From assembly GCF_018350175.1 (NCBI RefSeq), contig NC_058368.1, positions 94,180,001-94,244,000 of the forward strand: a DNA stretch of 64,000 nucleotides, written 5' to 3'. The stretch is from Felis catus (Eukaryota). The notes under the pieces were generated by a model. The model worked only from the letters and a program-made list of their open reading frames with translations, made no database searches and was not told the DNA's origin. The translations under genes and the position numbers were made by a program. Position 1 is the stretch's first letter; each line of letters begins with the position of its first letter. This document shows, one piece after another, positions 37,781-49,328 of the stretch.

Positions 37781-38208
37781 GGGCACCTGGGTAGCTGAGT
37801 TGGTTAAGCGTCTCTTTTTTAAAATGTTTATTTATATCTGAGAGAGAGAGAGGCAGTGCACAAGCAAAGGAGGGGCAGAGAGACAGAGAGAGAATCAGAA
37901 GCAGGTTCCAGGCTGTCAGCACAGAGCCTGATGCGGGACTTGAACTCACAAAATGTGAGATCATGACCTGTGCCGAAGTCAGCCATTTAACTGACTGAGC
38001 CACCCAAGTACCTGATGCATCTGACTCTTGATTTCGGCTCAGGTCCTGATCTCAGAGTTCGTGGGATGGAGCCCCACAGGAAGCTCTCCGCTGACGGTGA
38101 GAAGCCTGCTTGGGATTCTCTCTCTCCCTTTTTCTCTGCCTCTTCCCTGCTGGTGCACGCACTCTCTCCCTGTCTCTAAATAAATAAATGAACATTGAAA
38201 AAAATAAA
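37781..38208 (+). mobile_element. Can-SINE (+) containing an inverted Can-SINE (-, ~37814-38012)
   Basis: Outer head stops at GTTAAGCGTCT and resumes at GCATCTGACTCTTGATTTCGG; outer TSD AGGAGAATT. Confidence 0.9.
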
Positions 38209-38210
38209 AG

Positions 38211-38625
38211 GAGAATTAAAGAGAAATGAAAACATAGTTCCCACAAAGACCGGTGTGTGAATATTTACAGTAGCTTTGTCTTTGCCGAAACAAAGACACC
38301 CGAATCCATCGACAAACAAAGAACCCGAATCCATCGACAGCTGGATGGATCAACAAATCGTGGTATATTCATCCCAGAAAGCACTACCTGACATTTTTTT
38401 TAAATGAATTATACACACATTATGATTTGAATCTCAAGGCCATTACGCTGAGTGAAAGGCACCAGAAAATAAAAGCATATACCACATGATTCCATTTGTA
38501 TGGTATTCTAGAAAATGCAAGCCAGTGTATTTTGACAGAAAGCTGATCAGTGACTTAAGGGTGGAGGGGAGGGAGTAAAGGACTGGAAAATGCACAGGGA
38601 AAACTTCCAGGGCAATGGAAATGTT
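38211..38625 (+). mobile_element. Old L1M 3' fragment (continues at 39153-39208 and 45214-45270)
   Basis: GAGAAATGAAAACATAGTTCCCACAAAGAC...ACAAATCGTGGTATATTCAT...GATTCCATTTGTATGGTATTCTAGAAAATGCAA. Confidence 0.8.
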
Positions 38626-38627
38626 TT

Positions 38628-38676
<49 letters not shown>

Positions 38677-38702
38677 TTTCTTTCTTTCTTCTTTCTTTCT
38701 TC
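38626..38702 (+). repeat. (TTTC)n microsatellite
   Basis: Seen directly. Confidence 0.97.
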
Positions 38703-38725
38703 CTCTCTCTAAATGTTTTTTTAAC

Positions 38726-39152
38726 ATACATTTAAAAAAAATTTTTTTAACGTTTATTTATTTTTGAGAGAGAGGGAGAGACAGAGTGCAAGCGGGGCAG
38801 GGGCAGAGCGAGAGGGAGACAGAATTTGAAGCAGGCTCCATGCGCCAAGCAGTCAGCATAGAGCCCGACAGGAGGCTCAAACCCACAAACTGCAAGATTA
38901 TGACCTGAGCTGAAGTTGGACCCTTAACTGACTGAGCCACCCAGGCGCCCTTTTATTCATTTTTGAGAGACACAGAGAGACAGAGCAGCAGTGGGGTAGG
39001 GACAGAGAGAGAGGGAGACACAGAATCTGAAGCAGGCTCCAGGCTCTGAGCTGTCAGCACAGAGCCTGACGCAGATTTCAAACTCATGAACTACTAGCTC
39101 ATGACCTGAGCTCAAGCCAGACGCCTAACTGACTGAGCCACCCAAGCAACCC
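38726..39152 (-). mobile_element. Two head-to-tail Can-SINEs (~38726-38950, ~38951-39152)
   Basis: Two complete SINE bodies; outer repeat GAAATGTT. Confidence 0.9.
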
Positions 39153-39208
39153 AGAAATGTTCTGTTTCTTAAGTGTAGTGATGGTTGTATACATATATCA
39201 AAATTCAT

Positions 39209-39320
39209 CCCTGGCTGGCTCAGTCAGTTGAGCATGTGACTCTTGATCTTGGGGTTGTAAGTTTGAGGCCCACATTGGGTATAAAGATTGCTTAAAAAAA
39301 AAAAATCTTAAAAAAAAAAA
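39209..39320 (+). mobile_element. Short Can-SINE whose tail end is the L1 insertion site
   Basis: CCCTGGCTGGCTCAGTCAGTTGAGCATGTGACTCTTGATCTTGGGG...AAGATTGCTTAAAAA. Confidence 0.88.
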
Positions 39321-39327
39321 CAACTCA

Positions 39328-40204
39328 GAAGATGGCGGCGTAGGAGGATGCTGAGCTCACTGCGTCCTACAGATCACTTAGATTCCACCCACACCTGCCT
39401 AAATAACCCAGAAAATCGCCAGAAGACTAGTGGAATGGAGTGTCTGGAGCCAAGTGCAGATGAGAGGCCCACGGAAGAGGGTAGGAAGGGCGGAAAGGCG
39501 GTGCACACTACACGGACTGGCGGGAGGGAGCCGGGGCGGAGGGGCAGCCGCGGGCAAAGCAGAGCCCCCGAGTCTGGCTTACAAGAGCGGAGGGGCCGGA
39601 CAGAGTGTGTTCTGACAGCAAGCGGGACTTGACATCTGGAAGGTTATAAGTTAACAGCTCTGCTCAGAGGGAAGGCTAGAGGACAACGGGAGGGAGAGTT
39701 GTTGAGCCCCGGATGACAGCACAGCTTGGCAGGGAACAAAGGCGCTTGCCAGCGCCATCTCCCTCGCCCATCCACCAGCCAAAATCCCAAAGGGAACCGG
39801 TTCCTGCCAGAGAACTGGCTTACACCGCGCAAACACGGAACGCTGTGCTTCTGTGGATCTGACTCCCTCCTGGTGCTGCAGGGCCCCTCCTGAAGCGGAT
39901 CACCTAAGGATAAGCGAGCTGAGCCTGCCCCTCCCGCCCCTGGGGCACCTTGCCGATCCACCCCAGCTAATACCCCAGATCCCCAGCACCACAAGCCTGG
40001 CAATGTGCAAGTAGCCCAGACAGGCCACGCCACCCCATAGTGAGGTAGAGAAAGAGAAAGAACACACCAGTCTGACTGTGGCCCCAGCGGTGGGCTGGGG
40101 ACAGACATCAGGTCTGACTGCAGCCCCGCCCACCAGCGCAAGTTACTCAAGACAGCACAGGGGAAGTGCCCTGCAGGTCTGCACCACTCCAGGGACTATC
40201 CAAA
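39328..40204 (+). promoter_or_regulatory. L1 5'UTR internal promoter with YY1 site
   Basis: AAGATGGCGG at 39329-39338 is the YY1 motif (AANATGGCGG) typical of L1 5' ends; CpG-rich relative to flanks. Confidence 0.75.
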
Positions 40205-41100
40205 ATGATGAAACGGAAGAATTCCCCTCAAAAAAAACCTCCAGGAAATAATGACAGCTAACGAACTGGTGAAAAACGATTTAAACGATATAACAGAAAG
40301 TGAATTTAGAATAATAGTCATAAAATTAATCGCTGGGCTTGAAAACAGTATAAAGGACAGCAGAGAATCTATTGCTACAGAGATCAAGGGACTAAGGAAC
40401 AGCCAGGAGGAGCTTAAAAATGCTATTAACGAGCTGCAAAATAAAATGGAGACGACCACAGCTCGGATTGAAGAGGCAGAGGAGAGAATAGGTGAACTAG
40501 AAGATAAAGTTATGGAAAAAGAGAAGCTGAGAAAAAGAGAGATAAAAAAAAATCCAGGAGTGTGAGGGGAAAATTAGATAACTAAGTGATGCACTAAAGA
40601 GAAATAATCTACGCATAATTGGTATTCCAGAGGAGGAAGACAGAGGGAAAGGTGCTGAAAGTATACTCGAAGAAATAATAGCTGAGAACCTCCCTGATCT
40701 GGGGAAGGAAAAAGGCATTGAAATCCAAGAGGCACAGAGAACTCCCTTCAGACGTAACTTGAATCAATCTTCTGCACGACATATCATAGTGAAACTGGCA
40801 AAATACAAGGATAAAGAGAAAATTCTGAAAGCAGCTAGGGATAAACATGCTCTAACATATAAAGGGAGACCTATAAGACTCGTGACGGATCTCTCTACTG
40901 AAACTTGGCAGGCCAGAAAGGAATGGCAGGAAATCTTCAATGTGATGAACAGAAAAAATATGCAGCCGAGAATCCTTTATCCAGCAAGTCTGTCATTTAG
41001 AATAGAAGGAGAGATAAAGGTCTTCCCAAACAAACAAAAACTGAAGGAATTCATCACCACTAAACCAGCCCTACAAGAGATCCTAAGGGGGATCCTGTGA
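40205..41100 (+). pseudogene. L1 ORF1p (RNA-binding chaperone), frameshifted
   Basis: MMKRKNSPQK start; coiled coil (LKNAINELQNKME...RIEEAEERIGELEDK); RHIIVKL..KDKEKILKAAR, QARKEW, PRILYPA motifs; frameshifts near 40238 and 40520-40552. Confidence 0.93.
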
Positions 41101-41150
41101 GACAAAGTACCAGAGTCATCACTACAAGCATGAAACCTACAGTCATCACA

Positions 41151-44100
41151 ATGACTCTAAACCCATATCTTTCTATAATAACACTGAACATAAATGGACT
41201 AAATGCACCAACCAAAAGACATAGGGTATCAGAATGGATAAAAAAACAAGACCCATCTATTTGCTGTCTACAAGAGACTCATTTTAGACTTCAGGACACC
41301 TTTAGATTTAAAGTGAGGGGATAGAGAACTATTTATCATGCTACTAGAAGTCAAAAGAAAGCTGGAGTAGCCATACTTATATCAGACAAACTAGACTTTA
41401 AGTTAAAGGCTGTAACAAGAGATGAAGAAGGGCATTATATAATAATCACAGGGTCTATCCATCAAGAAGAACTAACAGTTATAAATGTCTATGCGCCGAA
41501 TACGGGAGCCCCCAAATATATAAAACAATTACTCACAAACATAAGCAACCTTATTGACAAGCATGTGGTAATTGCAGGGGACTTTAACACCCCACTCACA
41601 GCAATGGATAGATCACCTAGACACATGGTCAATAAAGAGACAAGGGCCCTGAATGATACATTGGATCAGATGGACTTGACAGATATATTTAGAACTCTGC
41701 ATCCCAAAGCAACAGAATATACTTTCTTCTCGAGTGCACATGGAACATTCTCTAAGATCGATCATATACTGGGTCACAAAACAGCCCTTCATAAGTATAC
41801 AAGAATTGAGATCATACCATGCATACTTTCAGACCACAATGTGATGAAGCTTGAAATCAACCACAGGAAAAAGTCTGGAAAACCCCCAAAAGCATGGAGG
41901 TTAAAGAACACCCTACAAAAGAATGAATGGGTCAACCAGGCAATTAGAGAAGAAATTAAAAAATATATGGAAACAAACGAAAATGAAAATACAACAATCC
42001 AAACGCTTTGGGATGCAGCGAAGGCAGTCCTGAGAGGAAAATATATTGCAATCCAGGCCTATCTCAAGAAACAAGAAAAATCCCAAATACAAAATCTAAC
42101 AGCACACCTAAAGGAAATAGAAGCAGAACAGCAAAGACATCCAAACCCAGAAGAAGAAGAGAAATAATAAAGATCAGAGCAGAAATAAACAATATAGAAT
42201 CTAAAAAAACTGTAGAGCAGATCAACGAAACCAAGAGTTGGTTTTTTGAAAAAATAAACAAAATTGATAAACCTCTAGCCAGGCTTCTCAAAAAGAAAAG
42301 GGAGAAGACCCAAATAGATAAAATCATGAGTGAAAATGGGATTATTACAACCAATCCCTCAGAGATACAAGCAATTGTCAGGGAATACTATGAAAAATTA
42401 TATGCCAACAAACTGGACAACCTGGAAGAAATGGACAAATTCCTAAACACCCACACACTTCCAAAACTCAAACAGGAGGAAATAGAAAGCTTGAACAGAC
42501 CCATAACCAGCGAAGAAATTGAATCAGTTATCAAAAATCTCCCAACAAATAAGAGTCTAGGACCAGATGGCTTCCCTGGGGAATTCTACCAGACATTTAA
42601 AGCAGAGATAATACCTATCCTTCTCAAGCTATTCCAAAAAATAGAAAGGGAAGGAAAACTTACAGACTCATTCTATGAAGCCAGTATTGCTTTGCTTCCT
42701 AAACCAGACAGAGACCCAGTAAAAAAAGAGAACTACAGGCCAATATCCCTGATGAATATGGATGCAAAAATTCTCAATAAGATACTAGCAAATCGAATTC
42801 AACAGCATATAAAAAGAATTATTCACCATGATCAAGTGGGATTCATTCCTGGGATGCAGGGCTGGTTCAACATTCACAAATCAATCAATGTGATACATCA
42901 CACTAATAAAAGGAAAGATAACCATATGATCCTGTCAATCAATGCAGAAAAAGCATTTGACAAAATTCAGCATCCTTTCTTAATAAAAACGCTTGAGAAA
43001 GTCAGGGTAGAAGGAATATACTTAAACATCATAAAAGCCATTTATGAAAAGCCCACAGCTAATATCATCCTCAGTGGGGAAAAACTGAGAGCTTTCCCCC
43101 TGAGATCAGGAACACGACAGGGATGTCCACTCTCACCGCTGTTGTTTAACATAGTGTTGGAAGTTCTAGCATCAGCAATCAGACAACAAAAAGAAATCAA
43201 AGGCATCAAAATTGTTAAAGATGAAGTCAAGCTTTCACTTTTTGCAGATGACATGGTATTATACATGGAAAATCCGATAGACTCTACCAAAAGTCTGCTA
43301 GAACTGATACATGAATTCAGCAAAGTTGCAGGATACAAAATCAATGTACAGAAATCAGTTGCATTCTTATATACTAATAATGAAGCAACAGAAAGACAAA
43401 TAAAGAAACTGATCCCATTCACAATTGCACCAAGAAGCATAAAATACCTAGGAATAAATCTAACCAAAGATGTACAAGATCTGTATGCTGAAAACTGTAG
43501 AAAGCTTATGACGGAAATTGAAGAAGATATAAAGAAATGGAAAAACATTCCGTGCTCATGGGTTGGAAGAATAAATATTGTTAAAATGTCAATACTACCC
43601 AAAGCTATCTACACATTCAATGCAATCCCAGTCAAAATTGCACCAGCATTCTTCTCGAAGCTAGAACAAGCAATCCTAAAATTCATATGGAACCACAAAA
43701 GGCCCTGAATAGCCAAAGTAATCTTGAAGAAGAAGACCAAAGCAGGAGGCATCACAATCCCAGACTTTAGCCTCTACTACAAAGCTGTAATCATCAAGAC
43801 AGCATGGTATTGGCATAAAAACAGACACATAGACCAATGGAATAGAATAGAAACCCCAGAACTAGACCCACAAAAGTATGGCCAACTTATCTTTGACAAA
43901 GCAGGAAAGAACATCCAATGGAAAAAAGACAGTCTCTTTAACAAATGGTGCTGGGAGAACTGGACAGCAACATGTAGAAGAATGAAACTAGACCACTTTC
44001 TTACATCATTCACAAAAATTAATTCAAAATGGATAAAGGACTTGAATGTGAGACAGGAAACCATCAAAACACTAGAGGAGAAAGCAGGAAAAGACCTCTC

Positions 44101-44970
44101 TGACCTCAACCGTAGCAATTTCTTACTTGACACATTCCCAAAGGCAAGGGAATTAAAAGCAAAAATGAACTATTGGGACCTCATGAAGATAAAAAGCTTC
44201 TGCACAGCAAAGGAAACAATCAACAAAACTAAAAGGTGGCCAACAGAATGGGAAAAGATATTTGCAAATGACATATCAGACAAAGGGCTAGTATCCAAAA
44301 TCTATAAAGAGCTCACCAAACTCCACACCCAAAAACCAAATAATCCAGTGAAGAAATGGGCAGAAAACATGAATAGACACTTCTCTAAAGAAGACATCCG
44401 GATGCCAACAGGCACATGAAAAGATGCTCAACGTCACTCCTCATCAGGGAAATACAAATCAAAACCACACTCAGATATCACCTCACGCCAGTCAGAGTGG
44501 CCAAAATGAACAAATCAGGAGACTATAGATGCTGGAGAGGATGTGGAGAAACGGGAACCCTCTTACATTGTTAGTGGGAATGCAAACTGGTGCAGCCACT
44601 CTGGAAAATAGTGTGGAGGTTCCTCAAAAAATTAAAAATAAAGCTACCCTACAACCCAGCAATAGCACTGCTAGGAATTTACCCAAGGGATACTGGAGTA
44701 CTGATGCATAGGGGCACTTGTACCCCAATGTTTATAGCAGCATTCTCAACAATAGCCAAATTGTGGAAAAAGCCTAAATGTCCATCAACTGATGAATGGA
44801 TAAAGAAATTGTGGTTTATATACACAATGGAGTACTATGTGGCAATGAGAAAGAATGAAATATGGCCCTTTGTAGCAACGTGGATGGAACTGGAAAGTCT
44901 TATACTAAGTGAAATAAGCCATACAGAGAAAGACAGATACCATATGTTTTCACTCTTATGTGGATCCTGA
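41151..44970 (+). pseudogene. L1 ORF2p (APE endonuclease + reverse transcriptase + Cys-rich domain), disrupted
   Basis: TLNINGLN, CCLQETH, GDFNTP, SDHN (EN); QGCPLSP, FADD 43241-43252, YLGI (RT); stops at 41322, 43706, 44572; frameshifts ~42145 and ~44403; ends at TGA 44968-44970. Confidence 0.96.
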
Positions 44971-45800
44971 GAAACTTAACAGAAACCATAGGGGAGGGGA
45001 AGGAAAAAACAAAGAAAAAAAAGAGGCTAGAGTGGGAGAGAGAGCCAAAGCATAAGAGACTCTTAAAAACTGAGAACAAACTGAGGGTTGATGGAGGGTG
45101 GGAGGGGGGGGGGTAGGTGATGGGCATTGAAGAGGGCATCTTTTGGGATGAACCCTGGGTGTTGTATGGAAACTAACTTGACAATAAATTTCATATAATA
45201 ATAAAAAAACTCATCAAGTTGAACACTTAAATAAATGCACTTTATTATACATAAAGTCTACCTCAATAAGATAGAAAAATTAAAATTGGCAACATTTTTA
45301 TATGACTTGAGATGTTTAGTTTTCCCTGAAGATCAAAATGTCTGGCATTATTTGATCTGTATTTTCACAAGCCCCAAATCACAGAAAATAGGTATTAGCT
45401 GCCCTTTAGAAGAAGTATACCTTTTCCACTTTGCCGAAGGGTCCTGCACTTACGACCCTTTTCCCAACGCACATTACATGTTCCTTGTCATTCATTTAAC
45501 ACCTGTGCATCTATTGAGACCCTTCATTCTAGGTATTGGAGATAAAGCAGCAACTGAACAGGCAAAAATGCCTAAGCATCGTGAAGTTACGTGAAGTCTC
45601 CATTTTAGCGGGTTTGGAGAAAGAGAGACAAACAATGTAATGAGTAAAATACATAGTTTGCTGGATGGCATAAGTACAAAGTAAAAAGACGAAATCCAGA
45701 AAGAAATGTAGATGTTAACTAGGGAGTCAGGGAAGCCCTGGGTCACAGGTGACTTTCGTTTCTTTTAGTTTAGAATTTGCTTTTTTTTTTTAATTTCAAG

Positions 45801-46019
45801 GTTTTTTTTAAATTTTTTTTAAAGTTTATTTCTGAGACAGAGAGAGACAGAGCATGAGTGGGGGAGGGGCAGAGAGAGAGGGAGACACAGAATCCAAAGC
45901 AGGCTCCAGGCTCTGAGCTGTCAGCACAGAGCCTGACGCGGGGCTCAAACTCATGAACCGTGAAATCATGACCTGAGCCGAAGTTGGTCGCTCAACCAAC
46001 TGAGCCACCCAGGCGCCCC
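45801..46019 (-). mobile_element. Feline Can-SINE inserted in an L1 tail
   Basis: TSD TAATTTCAAG. Confidence 0.94.
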
Positions 46020-46852
46020 TAATTTCAAGTTTTTATTTAAATTCTAGCCAGTTAACATATACAGTACAACTGGTTTCAGGTTTAGAATTTAATGAGTCAT
46101 CACTTACATACAACACCTAGTGCTCGTCATAACAAGTGCCCTCCTAATACCTTACACCCACGTAGGCCAACCCCCCATCAACCCTCAGGTTGTTCTCTAC
46201 AGTTAAGAGTCTCTTATGATTTGCTTCCCTCTTTTTCCCCCTTTCTTCTGTGTTCATCTGTGTTGTTTTTTAAATTCCACATGTGAGTGAAATCATGGTA
46301 ATCACCTTTCTCTGACTGACTTACTTTGCTTCGCGTTATACACTCTAGCTCCATCCACATCAATGCAAATGGCAAGATTTCATTCTTTTTGATGATATAT
46401 TCCATTATATTTATATATACCACATCTTTTTTATCCATTCATTAGTCAATGGACATTTGGTCCCTCTCCACAGTTTGGCTATGGTTGATAATACTGCTAT
46501 AAACATTGGGGTGCATGCGCCCCTTGAAGTCAGTATGTTTGTATTCTTTAGGTAAATCCCTAGTAGTGCAATTGCTGTAGGGTAGTTCTATTTTTAACTT
46601 TCTGGGGAACCTCCATCCTGTTTTTTCCAGAGTGATTGCACCAGTTTGCATTCCCACCAGCAGAGCATGAAGATTCCTGTGTCTCCGCATCCTCGCCAAC
46701 ATCCGTGGCTTCCTGAGTTGTTAGTTTTAGCCATTCTTACTGGTGTGAGGTGGTATCTCATTGTGGTTTTGATTTATATTTCCTTGATGATGAGTGATGT
46801 TGAGCATCTTTTCATGTGTCTGTTAGTCATCTGGATGTCTTCTTTGGAAAAT
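46020..46852 (-). mobile_element. 5'-truncated carnivore L1
   Basis: ORF track: [40 protein letters not shown]; carnivore L1 3'UTR. Confidence 0.92.
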
Positions 46853-47708
46853 GAGACGTGACTTTTGAGAAAAAAAACCTGACTGAATAAGGGAGCGAGC
46901 CATATATGCAGCTCAGGGAAGAGCATTCTAGCCAGAGGCAACTGCCCAGGGGGAGATCCCAAACAAGGGAGTTGACCTGGCATCCTCAACGAACAGCAAT
47001 TCTCGTTTGGAGCAGAATACACAAGAGATCAGAGAGATAGCAGGGAAGAGAAAGAAAAGGGTCTTGCAGACTACTGACAGGAATCTATCATTTACTGGGT
47101 GACACGGGAAGCCTCTGTAGTGTTTTATTAATTATAATCAGGCTGGAGTTACTGATTTTATTATGGTAGAGCTAAGAAGGAAGGGAAATAGTTTTCATAA
47201 CCATGTCATCACCGTGGTCCCTGTACCCATCTGAGTTTGCAATTCCTGTCATAGTTAATCTGATTATCCTAATACAGCACAAAATCCCTGGCTTCCGCCA
47301 CCCTGATAGGCAAAGTCAGTCACGTGACTAGCTCTCAGGAATATGCCACTTTGGGTGGCCTTTCTCTAACCTTTGGGGCTTCACCCACACACTGGTTCTC
47401 CCCCACCTTATACCACACCCTTCTCTCCTTTTCTTTGTCATCCCCTGGGCTCTTCCTCGATCCCCTTAGCCAAAGCCTCCACTCTGGTGACTCCCTCCAG
47501 GAACATACTCTAGGTTCTCAATCTGGAGCTGCCTTACTCTAGAACCCGCATCACTCACAATGAGATTTAAGTTCCCTTGAAAAGGAATTTACAACATCCT
47601 GAAATTTACTCAGCAACCACACCTCACAGGTAAACTCTGTCAATGGAGCTCATATCGGAAATGAGCTGTGAGATTAGAGAAAGCGGCTTGGTAGCCAGGG
47701 AGCAGAGA

Positions 47709-48119
47709 TGTAAGGGCACTGGCCCCAGGGTCCCAAACAGACCAGGTTTAGCCACTGGCCCCTGACAAAATCCAAAGGCAGAGAGATGAGGGGTGGTGAA
47801 ACAAGAAAGGAATGTACTTCAGCGAGGCCAACAGTGGGAAGATGAAAATACTTCCAGGTTTATATAAGGAGAATGTGGGGCGAAGGTGGCTGGGTACCTG
47901 CAGATGGGCAGTGAAGGGCAAATTGATTACTGTCTCGGAGTCAACCTTAGGTGGGGTCTTGCAGGCTCAGGGCAGCCCTGATTACTGAAGGGGTTAGTTT
48001 CAGTTCCATCAGGGGATGCTTTCCCTCAGGATTTTCCACCTGAGCCCAGAGACAAGTTGGAAGGAGAAACCAACTAGAAAGTTTGAGATCAAAATGGAGG
48101 CAGCTGAGGTCATCTTTCA
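47709..48119 (-). mobile_element. ERV1-like solo LTR
   Basis: Minus strand starts TGAAAGATGACCTCAGCTGCCTCCATTTTG (typical ERV1 U3 start), contains CCTTATATAAACC TATA, ends ..TTACA; TSD not clear. Confidence 0.6.
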
Positions 48120-48281
48120 GTTTCACTGCTAAATCCAAAGCAAACATCTCTGAAATTATTTCACCAATTAGGAAAAGAAGTCAACACCCACTCAGGAAGT
48201 TAAACTTTGCCTATGATTTGGCAAAAGAAAGAAACGTGGCCAAAAGTAATCTGGCAGAATGCAATTCGAAAAGACAAATTA

Positions 48282-48450
48282 GGGGCGTCTGCATGGCTCG
48301 GTGGGTTAAGCATCTGACTCTTGATTTCAGCCTAGGTCATGATCTCATGGTTCATGAGATTGAGCCCTGCACTGGGGTCTGCACTAATAGGGCAGAGCCT
48401 GCTTGGGATTCTCTCTCCCTCTCTCTTTGCCCCTCCCCTGCTCACATTCT
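48282..48450 (+). mobile_element. Can-SINE
   Basis: SINE body; tail replaced by a G-run and (GAAAA)n; outer repeat AAAAG(A/G)CAAATT. Confidence 0.9.
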
Positions 48451-48486
48451 CTAGGGTGGGGTTGGTGGGGGGGAGGGGGGGAGGAA

Positions 48487-48566
48487 GGAAAAGAAAAGAA
48501 AAGAAGAAAAGAAAAGAAAAGAAAAGAAAAGAAAAGAAAAGAAAAGAAAAGAAAGGAAAAGAAAAG
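48487..48566 (+). repeat. (GAAAA)n microsatellite
   Basis: Seen directly. Confidence 0.97.
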
Positions 48567-49119
48567 GCAAATTTGACCAAGGAAGTCAGTCAATGTAAAT
48601 CTTCTCCTAAATTAATATCCCTTCACAATGACATCACACACTGACATACACAAAGGTATACAAATATTTGATGGAACCAGCTGACACAGGGATCCACATT
48701 TCCACCTTGGCAATAGAACTTTCTGGAGCTCAGAGTTTTTTCAAAATATTTGGACCATGAGAGTGCATAAAATGAGTTAGAAGATTAAAGCTACAAGATA
48801 GAATGGACATACTTCTTCCAGTCTTTGCCTCTAGGTATAGCTAAAGCCCTGTACATTATACAGAAAAAAAGCATAAGAATACTTGGAGAGATTGAGAGAA
48901 GAAAAGAGATCAGCCAGAGACTTTGAAACCTTAGAAAAAAACATGGCAGTGCATTTTCTGGATTTTCTTTTGCATTGCATACTCTGGACTGGGTGCCGGA
49001 AGAGCCTGGAACCCAGAAACACCAACAGGCACAGACAAAGAAAAAAATAAAGCCCAGGGAAACCCTTTATTCTCTAGCCAAAGGACCAAGAAAGGGCCAG
49101 CCTGGCAAGATGGAAAATA

Positions 49120-49328
49120 TTTTTTTAATTTTTTTTAAAGTTTATTTTTGAGATAGAGAGAGAGACAGAGTGTGAGCAGGGGAGGGCAGAGAGAGAGGGA
49201 AACACAGAATCTGAAGCAGGCTCCAGACTCCAGGCTGTCAGCACAGGACCCAATCCAGGGCTTAAACCCACAAACCAAGAGATCATGACCTGAGCCAAAG
49301 CCAGATGCTCAACCGACTGAGCCACCCA
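49120..49328 (-). mobile_element. Can-SINE
   Basis: SINE body; flank motif AGATGGAAAAT present three times. Confidence 0.9.

Larger units (their letters stand above)
39328..45207 (+). mobile_element. Essentially full-length feline LINE-1 (L1_Fc-like), inactivated
   Basis: GC/CpG-rich 5'UTR, ORF1, 50-nt spacer, ORF2 (EN-RT-Cys-rich), G-rich 3'UTR, AATAAA 45183-45188, A tail, TSD core AACTCA (39322-39327 / 45208-45213). Confidence 0.97.
45490..47130 (-). mobile_element. L2 3' fragment split by an L1 + SINE insertion (~45757-46857)
   Basis: CATTCATTTAACAC..CTATTGAGACC..TTCTAGGTATTGGAGATAAAGCAG; resumes GGGAAGAGCATTCTAGCCAGAGG; GTGACTTT repeated across the insertion. Confidence 0.72.

Noticed and set aside
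43042..43602. 186-aa hydrophobic antisense ORF (also 42064-42354 and 43777-44133)
   Set aside because: Antisense shadows of A-rich L1 ORF2, common in L1 copies
42008..43708. 566-aa ORF as an intact RT or domesticated gene
   Set aside because: It is a fragment of disrupted L1 ORF2 with an out-of-frame N-terminus, a premature stop and a catalytic D->N change
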